A DNA stretch of 62,596 nt, counting the filler. It is 9 parts of 9 records of this genome, joined end to end, with 100 filler letters (N's around TTAATTAATTAA, not from the genome) between each part and the next. Parts side by side here need not be neighbours in the genome. Positions count along the whole stretch, not along the records: positions 8,047 to 14,221 come from SRR31147125_3108; positions 14,322 to 20,884 come from SRR31147125_3130; 7 more parts are not named here. The stretch is one strand, 5' to 3'. The notes under the pieces are model-generated. The model saw only the letters and a program-made list of their open reading frames with translations, had not been told where the DNA came from and searched no databases. A program made the position numbers and the translations under genes. Positions 10,910 through 20,984 of this stretch are shown in pieces. The stretch's first letter is position 1; every line of letters starts with the position of its first letter.

Positions 10910-11019
10910 AAAATTAAGTGGTGTTTAAACGACTCGAAGAATGAGTCGCCCACTAGCCGTACCCCATAAATGGTTAAAAAGGATACGGAGTCGATTGGGA
11001 CACAGCCAAGGAGGAAATC

Positions 11020-11397
11020 ATGGCAGTAGTAGCAAAAGAAGATATCGTTGAAACCCTAAAAGGAATGACACTTATTGAAGTTTCAGAACTTGTAAAAGAG
11101 TTAGAAGAAACATTTGGTGTGTCAGCAGCAGCACCTGTTGCAGTAGCAGCAGCTCCAGGAGCAGGCGCAGAAGCAGCAGCAGACAAAACTGAGTTTGATG
11201 TTGTATTGACAGAGGCTGGTTCAAGCAAAATTAACGTTATTAAAGAAGTTAGAGCTTTGACAAGCTTAGGTTTAAAAGAAGCAAAAGAGATGGTTGAAAG
11301 TGCACCAAAAGCAATTAAAGAAGGTGTATCTAAGGAAGATGCAGAAGCTGCAAAGAAATCACTTGAAGCAGCTGGTGCAAAAGTTGAAATTAAGTAA
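11020..11397 (+). CDS. rplL: 50S ribosomal protein L7/L12
   Basis: [28 protein letters not shown]. Confidence 0.98.
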   Translation: MAVVAKEDIVETLKGMTLIEVSELVKELEETFGVSAAAPVAVAAAPGAGAEAAADKTEFDVVLTEAGSSKINVIKEVRALTSLGLKEAKEMVESAPKAIKEGVSKEDAEAAKKSLEAAGAKVEIK

Positions 11398-11438
11398 CAA
11401 CACAAATTTATTGTTAACTCAATAATTAATCAGGTCGG

Positions 11439-11474
11439 CATACTGTGCTACAGATGTTAATGTAGCACAGTGTG
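11439..11474 (+). terminator. rplL-rpoB intergenic hairpin (attenuator-like)
   Basis: CATACTGTGCTACA-gatgttaa-TGTAGCACAGTGTG stem; weak U-tail. Confidence 0.5.
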
Positions 11475-11503
11475 TTCGGTCTTATTCCAAGTTAGGAGCC
11501 GCC

Positions 11504-14221
<2,718 letters not shown>

Positions 14222-14321
14222 NNNNNNNNNNNNNNNNNNNNNNNNNNNNNNNNNNNNNNNNNNNNTTAATTAATTAANNNNNNNNNNNNNNNNNNNNNNN
14301 NNNNNNNNNNNNNNNNNNNNN
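14222..14321. other. Artificial contig linker
   Basis: N-run + TTAATTAATTAA + N-run. Confidence 0.97.
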
Positions 14322-14355
14322 CAGGTGGTCCCTGGTTCGAGCCCAGGTGGGACCA
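14322..14355 (+). tRNA. 3' half of a tRNA (truncated by contig start; anticodon not visible)
   Basis: CAGGTGGTC-CCTGG-TTCGAGC-CCAGG-TGGGACC-A gives the T-arm and acceptor 3' strand. From memory it resembles Bacteroidota tRNA-Ile2/Met(CAT), but identity cannot be read. Confidence 0.8.
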
Positions 14356-14377
14356 CAAGGTTAAAATCCTGAATATC

Positions 14378-14408
14378 AAGCACTTGAATACCAATCAAGT
14401 GCTTTTTT
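14378..14408 (+). terminator. Intrinsic terminator after tRNA
   Basis: AAGCACTTGA-ataccaa-TCAAGTGCTT followed by a T-run. Confidence 0.75.
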
Positions 14409-14789
14409 CATTTTCTACCTTTTACTAAAATTTGCCTAAAAAACGGAAAAGTGGGTCAATTTAGGGTCATTATTATGGCATTGACCTGGTAATATATCTT
14501 TTCGTAATAATGAAGCTTCAATTAGTATTGAACTAAGAAGAAACTCAGGAACTATAGCCAAATCTATCTTATTCATTTCCCGCAAACCAACAAGCAGCAA
14601 AGCTTCTATGGTAAGAAAAAATGGGAACACCTCTGTGATGTTGTACTTCGCTTTGAAGATGGGGTTGTTAGTGTAGAGAAGAATCGGTTTGGGAAGGTTG
14701 GGGAGTATACGATATAGATTATATCGTTCTGGTTTTTATAAAGTGCCGTAATTAAATATCTTTATATGTCAAGCAAAAGATAATAAATT

Positions 14790-15248
14790 ATGTATAAGTT
14801 TTTTGTTCTTGCATTTATATGTCTGTTATCAGCTATTCTTCTCTTTAGAAGATACAATAACGGAATGGGAGCACCATTAGGCTCTTTTCGAAAAAAGATA
14901 TTATATATTTTAGCACTAATATTTTTCGTTGCTTTTATTATTCTTCTGAACAAAGGATATTATTATTCAGATATTCAGCATCATAAACAGTTAATCAGTG
15001 AACTTCAAATAGCTCAATCAGAATTAATTGATATATATAGTTCAAATAACCAAATATCCAATGATGAACTTATTGTTAAAAGAAAAGAAATTACGGAATT
15101 AGCAAATCGAGGAATAAAGGATTCTATTGATATGGATACTCTTTTGCAAATAAGTGAATTCATTACCAGATATTATGTGTTGGAAGATGAGATGAATCAA
15201 AGAAAAGACTCTTTGAGTGTAGTATTACAAAAAAAATTATTGATATAG
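14790..15248 (+). CDS. Hypothetical membrane protein (2 N-terminal TM helices plus helical domain)
   Basis: 152-aa ORF, two hydrophobic segments then a charged helical region; convergent with the pAgo operon. Confidence 0.6.
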   Translation: MYKFFVLAFICLLSAILLFRRYNNGMGAPLGSFRKKILYILALIFFVAFIILLNKGYYYSDIQHHKQLISELQIAQSELIDIYSSNNQISNDELIVKRKEITELANRGIKDSIDMDTLLQISEFITRYYVLEDEMNQRKDSLSVVLQKKLLI

Positions 15249-15386
15249 GGAAAATAACTACGCAGTTAAATGAAAACAATTATAAAGAGTGGGATACTTA
15301 TATAAATATAATTACAAGTATACTTAGTGCCTTTATTGCCTTTGTTATCGCTTTTACTTTTAAAAATAGACTTTTAGGATGATTAT

Positions 15387-16511
15387 TTAAATACCTAAAT
15401 TCTTATTGATCTCTGAAATGGTATCTTTTTCCCAGGTTGAAAAATTTGTATGATTATTTCTTGAAATATCCCATGCCTGATTTAAATACTGAGCAATAGT
15501 TTTTATTTCTGCTAACTCAGAGTTATACATGTTTAGGTCAATATCTTGACAAAAACCAAATATTTCGACTACTAATTTTTCTAACAAGTCATCTGAAAAA
15601 ATAATATCATAAGTAGGTATCTTTGGGTAATTTATTAACTGTTCAAATGAATTCCAAGCACTTAGAATGCTTTCAGATTCATCGTCGTTACCAATTAGCT
15701 TTAACATTTTAATTATTGCTCGTGTCCTAGCTTCGTCTGCTGGATGAGATTTGTAATAATTGTATACCTGAGCCTTGCTATGGCTTATTGTGGTTAACTT
15801 CATGTTCGTCCATGCAAAAGCAGATCCAGTTAAATAAGTAGCAATTAAATCACATACAAACTCTTCATACCAGGAATCCGTCCATAAATTCAAGGTAGTT
15901 TCCAGCCTGTCATAATCACCGTCTCTGTTCTCATCTAAAGCAACACTCATTTCAATGGTAAAATGTTCTTCTATTTCTTGAAGAAATCGACTAGTCAAAG
16001 CACCATAATATTGCTCAAAAATCAGATGTCCAATTTCATGATACAAGTCTGGTAGATTGAGTAAACTATCCTCTTCCCAAAATGGAACTGCAATAATATT
16101 TTCATAGGGAACAGCCCAGTAATAATTGTCAGAATTGCTGATTGTTGATATCAATGGAGGGCTTGATAATAGGTTTGAATCTTCATAAATTTTTTCTACA
16201 ACCACTTTAAAGAAATGGTCTCCACATCCATAGTTATTAATAGGTTGAATTCTATATAATTCTAAATAACCTAAATCTTGATTAAATTTGCTGTAGTTTG
16301 ATAGGTTGTTTGCTAGAAAGAAGTTAATTTCCAAATCACCAGAAGAGATGACGTTAGATACTTTTGTCTCCAGTTCCTTTAATGATTCCATTGTCTCCAT
16401 AACGAAATCATCTTTAATATCATCATGATGATCTCCATTGTCAATTCTGACAATCATTTTCTGTATTCTTGTTAACAGGTCGGTATATAATGCTCTGGTA
16501 AAATTTATCAT
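15387..16511 (-). CDS. Putative zinc metallopeptidase (gluzincin/M48-like motifs), last gene of the pAgo operon
   Basis: LYHEIGH (HEXXH, 16026-16040), downstream WYEEFVCD (E..xD third-ligand motif) and SHPADEAR (HP...R); ATGA overlap with the upstream gene. Confidence 0.72.
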   Translation of the reverse strand: MINFTRALYTDLLTRIQKMIVRIDNGDHHDDIKDDFVMETMESLKELETKVSNVISSGDLEINFFLANNLSNYSKFNQDLGYLELYRIQPINNYGCGDHFFKVVVEKIYEDSNLLSSPPLISTISNSDNYYWAVPYENIIAVPFWEEDSLLNLPDLYHEIGHLIFEQYYGALTSRFLQEIEEHFTIEMSVALDENRDGDYDRLETTLNLWTDSWYEEFVCDLIATYLTGSAFAWTNMKLTTISHSKAQVYNYYKSHPADEARTRAIIKMLKLIGNDDESESILSAWNSFEQLINYPKIPTYDIIFSDDLLEKLVVEIFGFCQDIDLNMYNSELAEIKTIAQYLNQAWDISRNNHTNFSTWEKDTISEINKNLGI

Positions 16512-16951
16512 TCTGAAATATTTCGCATTTTTCTAAACAAGTATGACCTTTCATTATCAAGAACACCGATTATCGTATCAAGCGACTTAAACTGAACTTT
16601 TAATAATGCCTTGTTTTGTTTTAAGTATTCAAGAAGATTTTTTAATTCTTGTTTTAGTTCTGGATTCTTACTTATCTGAGTTGTATATGCCTTGTTTTCT
16701 GCTAACATCTTAATATCTGCATTTGACTTTCCTTCTTCAATTAATTGTATTATGCCTTCGATAAACTCAATTAGTTTGTCTTTTGAGCTCAGATAATCAT
16801 TTTCTCCAATTTTTAATTTAGGATATTTTGTGGTTGAATCCTCTTCTTGTAAAAGAGAGTGTTTTTTTACTGTAATTGATGCATTATTGATATCATCAGT
16901 TAACTTCGATATTCGATTGTATCTTTTTGATATGTAACCCAGTTCACTCAT
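16508..16951 (-). CDS. Hypothetical alpha-helical protein (147 aa) in the pAgo operon
   Basis: ATG at 16951 lies 7 nt after the Ago stop; its stop overlaps the next start (ATGA 16508-16511); no recognisable motif. Confidence 0.7.
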   Translation of the reverse strand: MSELGYISKRYNRISKLTDDINNASITVKKHSLLQEEDSTTKYPKLKIGENDYLSSKDKLIEFIEGIIQLIEEGKSNADIKMLAENKAYTTQISKNPELKQELKNLLEYLKQNKALLKVQFKSLDTIIGVLDNERSYLFRKMRNISE

Positions 16952-16958
16952 GATTATT

Positions 16959-19348
16959 TTATTTATTTTCAACGCTTGTAACTTCATCAACTTGTTCTAA
17001 TGCTATTTCAGAATTTTGGTGAGCAAAAGAACGAATTAGAGTATCCACAATTTTTAGTGTAACAGGAAGGGAATTAGGTCTATCTGGCGCAGAGAAAGCA
17101 AGATTTGATTGATGAAAAATATCCTCAAGTACTTTAATGAAATCAGCATCTCCATAGGTTTGAGTTATATGAAGTGGGTTTGATGATCCTGGTATTGAAT
17201 ATGGAAAACCCGTATTAAATAGGAATGCTTCTTTATCGTTTAGTAACTTGTATTTTCCAGCACTTACATTTTTATACTTAGAATAATCATTGGTTATTCG
17301 GGCAGCCCGAACAGAGAACACGGATTGTTTGTTGACATCAACTACAGCTTTATTCAGATTTGAATTATTTATTATTCCATCAGATGCCAGTTCCTGTATA
17401 ACTTCATCAAGGGCTTTATCTTCTTCCCCGAAACTCCTGCCATCCCTTAATATTACTATTCCATTCGGGTCTTTTGCATATAAAGGGATATGTCTTTTCA
17501 AATTTTTAAGCAGAACCTTTTTAATGGTTCCAGAACTAATTTTTTCATTGCGAAATGTTCCGGTTTTTCTCGGAACATCGGAATAAGTAAATACTATATG
17601 TTCACCATTTTTATAAAAGAAACAGAAACCAGCATAATAATCGTGGGCATCTATCCCTATATAAATGTCATAGTTTAAGTTATCTGATAAACTATAAGGC
17701 CATTTATAATTTACAATCAGTAATTCGAAGAATAAATAATTTAAATATGAGCTAAATACCCTTTCATCTTTTCTCCTGACCTTATATTTTACACTTCCAT
17801 TATTTTCAATTACAGGTTTTAAAAACCTTTGTAATTGAGTAGCACTGGCACATTGAAACCGTAGTTTAGGAAAGAATTTTTTCTTAACACAGTCATGTAT
17901 TCCTTTTAGCACACTGCTTAATTCAATATTGTGATCTGGCAGAATTAGTATTGCACCTCCTTCATTAACCTCATATTTCTGAATACTTTTTTCAATTTCT
18001 TTGAACTGTTTATAGGCACTGAACTCAGTAATATCGTTATATGGAATTAGGATAAAATCTTTTAGCTGAGGTGCAAGTTGTTGAATTGGCTGAAGTAAAT
18101 AATGCCTTACACTTTTGGCAAAATCAATGGTTAGCGATTCAGGGTAAAACAAATATTGTGGCTGGAATGGTCTTTTATCTAAAATGCCACAATTGTATAA
18201 CATCTGCTTTCTGAGTTTCGGGAAGTTATTTAGGTTAGAACCATTTTTTGATTGCCCCGATGGGTTAAGGATTTTGTTCGAAGCATATTTCAATTTTGGA
18301 ATGAAAAATTTTGGCAATGCTTCATTTAATGGTTTATTATCAATATTCAATTTAGTACCATTAAATGTTAGGTTGGAAAAGTATTTCTTTTGAAACTGTG
18401 AAAGATATTGAAACCTTTCCGAAGGGTCATTAATAGATTTTCCATGTATTCCTGCATGACCTGCATCTTCAGCACTATGTATCAGCTTTGCTAAACAAGA
18501 TGCTCCATTAAATATCTTGGTTTGGTGGGGATAAGTATAGAGTAATGCCTTACAATCTTGTTCAATAGGAGAAATTATTTTTCCATATTTCTTAATCTCC
18601 TGATTTTTTATGTAGTCCAGCACAATATGAAATTCCTTGAATCATCAGAAAAGGATTGCTCACTAATAGGTTTTCCAAACCCTTTAACTTCGACTATATA
18701 CCAATCATTACCATTCTGATAGAGCGCACGTTGACCATTGTAAACACTATTTATTATTTGTTGATTTGCTCCATTAATTCTTTCATTAAGAAATTGTTTA
18801 TCAGCATATTTATAAGCTAAATCCAGTATAATATAAAACTCCCCACTATTGGATGTTATTAATTTATAATTGAATCCGGGAAAAATATCGGTTTCAGTTG
18901 GTTGAGCTTGGAATAAAGGAGAACGTTTATGGAAGCTTGTATTACTAAATTTCCATAAATCAGGTGTTTGGGTCAATTGGCTTCTGATTGAAAAGTCCAG
19001 AAAACTTCTTGCTAAATCAAAGGTTGATTTATTTAAATCTTTAAAATCAAGTGTCCCGGTGATATCTGTTTCATGAATTTTCACATTAGAAGGAACTAGT
19101 CTGACTTCTTTATTTGTAACTTGTTTTGAAGCATCAATAGCAATATACTTTTTACCTTTCTGATAGAAAGTTGAAACGGGACCTTTAGTATCCCTTGCCA
19201 ATGACATTAACAAAAGATTCCAATTCTTATTGTTTAGTTTAGGGTCACTTGAATACTCATCTAAATCAACATGAACCAGACGATATTCCATATTTAACTC
19301 AGATAAATTTCTAAGCTTGTACCAATTGAGTATATTTTGCTTCATCAT
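16959..19348 (-). CDS. Long prokaryotic Argonaute (N-L1-PAZ-L2-MID-PIWI), about 796 aa when rejoined; frameshift in PAZ between 18608 and 18641
   Basis: PIWI motifs YIGIDAH, RNEKIS, IVILRDGR, PGSSNPL, SLPVTLKIVD (DEDD tetrad); MID HDCVKKK...FQC...KWPY. The N-terminal ORF 18608..19348 (NWYKLRNLSELNMEYRL...GFNYKL...ILDLAYKY) continues into VLDYIK after a 1-nt shift. Confidence 0.9.
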
Positions 19349-20321
19349 ACAAGAATTTATTCATCAGTAAATGTTCACACAACCTGTTAAACTTGCAAAA
19401 ATGACAAGTACTGGGTTTATCTGTCATTGGGAAATCATCGACATTCAGTTCTTCGAACTTTTTTCCTTCCGTTAATAGAATTTCATCACCGCTGTTCAAG
19501 TAGATGTAATCTACTGTTTTGCCAATAACTTCTTTATTAAAAGGATGATATTTAGTTTCTCCGTTCCATAGGTTAACTTCAAACATTGAAATATCTTCTG
19601 CTCTTATTTGAGTAGCCCTGTTCTCCCTAACTTTTGTCCGATTTTCATCTAATATTGTTATACCAATAATTGCCAGTTGTCTGGAGTAATCAGTTAAAGC
19701 ACTTTGAGAGACTTTCCAGTCTATTACTACAGGTTTATTATTGATATAACATAGCAAGTCAATTTGTGGGGATACCCTTATCCCATCAAAATTAAATGCT
19801 TTACCCTGAACATTTGGTGCCAGAAAGGAAGCTTGCCTTAAAAAATCGAGCAAGTTTATATTCTCACTGACAATAAAGATATCTGGGATACTTAGAATAA
19901 CATTTTCAATGTTGGAATAAACTTGTTCTATGTCATCCTCTGAATATTTCTGACCACTTTCATGTATTTCAAGAATACAATATGCATCTCCTGCCTTTGT
20001 TTTACTTACCCCTTTGTCCCTATATGTTTGGCTTTGCGAAAAGATAAACTGTTCTTTTGCCATTTTTACTGCCTCTTGTGCAAAATAGCTAAAATCCAAC
20101 TTCTGTTTATTCGATATAGCAGGAACAATGAGTTTCTCCATAATTTTATCAATTACAGAGCCTTGCCACATAAATAAGTTTTGAGAACTTTTAAGCTCAA
20201 AGACTTTACGCCGAAATGGATTGGTAAAATGATGGGAAGGTGCAATTTGGGCAAAGTAATATTGCCTGCTACACCTTCTTAGCATCATTAATGCTGAATA
20301 TGACCATCCATTTTTTGCCAT
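19311..20321 (-). CDS. Cas4/AddB-like PD-(D/E)XK nuclease with a 4-Cys Fe-S staple
   Basis: WSYSALMMLRRCSRQYYF (Cys1), PQIDLL (motif II), VVIDWK (motif III), YSRQL, C-terminal TCHFCKFNRLC (CxxCxxxxxC); overlaps the Ago start by 38 nt. Confidence 0.88.
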   Translation of the reverse strand: MAKNGWSYSALMMLRRCSRQYYFAQIAPSHHFTNPFRRKVFELKSSQNLFMWQGSVIDKIMEKLIVPAISNKQKLDFSYFAQEAVKMAKEQFIFSQSQTYRDKGVSKTKAGDAYCILEIHESGQKYSEDDIEQVYSNIENVILSIPDIFIVSENINLLDFLRQASFLAPNVQGKAFNFDGIRVSPQIDLLCYINNKPVVIDWKVSQSALTDYSRQLAIIGITILDENRTKVRENRATQIRAEDISMFEVNLWNGETKYHPFNKEVIGKTVDYIYLNSGDEILLTEGKKFEELNVDDFPMTDKPSTCHFCKFNRLCEHLLMNKFLYDEAKYTQLVQA

Positions 20322-20326
20322 GTGAC

Positions 20327-20884
20327 TTATTCGTTATATAATTCTCCTAATCTTGTTAAGTATTTATTAAGAGCTTTATCATTTCTGAACAATCCATTTG
20401 CCCTTGAACTAGGCTGTCCACCTCCATATTTAAAGGATCTTTCCTGATTTTGTTTTCGGAAAGAAGGCTGAACACCCGATAACTGCAATTTTGAGTTGTT
20501 CACTTCTATCATCAGTGTTTCAAACGTTTTCCGAATTGCTTTTTCGCTTTGCCCAAATCCTATTTGCAATTTGAGTAACAACTTCTTAAGTCCATGTATA
20601 GGGATACTGTTCGGGAAGATATCATCATGTTTAATCTCCTCGATAACTCCAACAGTCAATCCGGATATTGCACTTAACTCCTTATCTTCTATGCCATTCT
20701 CAGCAGATGTTTTGCTAATCAATTCTCCCAAAGAGTTTGATTCAATAGTATCGAATAATTTCTCTACTAGCCTATCTCTTGCTGGGATACCCATACTAAT
20801 TGAAGGTGCAGCAGAAAAAACGATATCTGATTCAACATCCTGAATGTTTGAATTAAACAACGATTTACTCTTTTTAAGTAAAAA
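20327..20884 (-). CDS. XRE/Cro-like HTH-containing protein (5'-truncated)
   Basis: Frame is open to the contig end. LGELISKTSAENGIEDKELSAISGLTVGVIEEIK resembles an XRE HTH. Stop lies 5 nt before the nuclease start. Confidence 0.55.
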   Translation of the reverse strand, partial: FLLKKSKSLFNSNIQDVESDIVFSAAPSISMGIPARDRLVEKLFDTIESNSLGELISKTSAENGIEDKELSAISGLTVGVIEEIKHDDIFPNSIPIHGLKKLLLKLQIGFGQSEKAIRKTFETLMIEVNNSKLQLSGVQPSFRKQNQERSFKYGGGQPSSRANGLFRNDKALNKYLTRLGELYNE

Positions 20885-20984
20885 NNNNNNNNNNNNNNNN
20901 NNNNNNNNNNNNNNNNNNNNNNNNNNNNTTAATTAATTAANNNNNNNNNNNNNNNNNNNNNNNNNNNNNNNNNNNNNNNNNNNN
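20885..20984. other. Artificial contig linker
   Basis: N-run + TTAATTAATTAA + N-run. Confidence 0.97.

Noticed and set aside
14322-20884. CRISPR-Cas locus suggested by the Cas4-like gene
   Set aside because: No repeat-spacer array and no cas1/cas2 or effector genes are visible on the contig.
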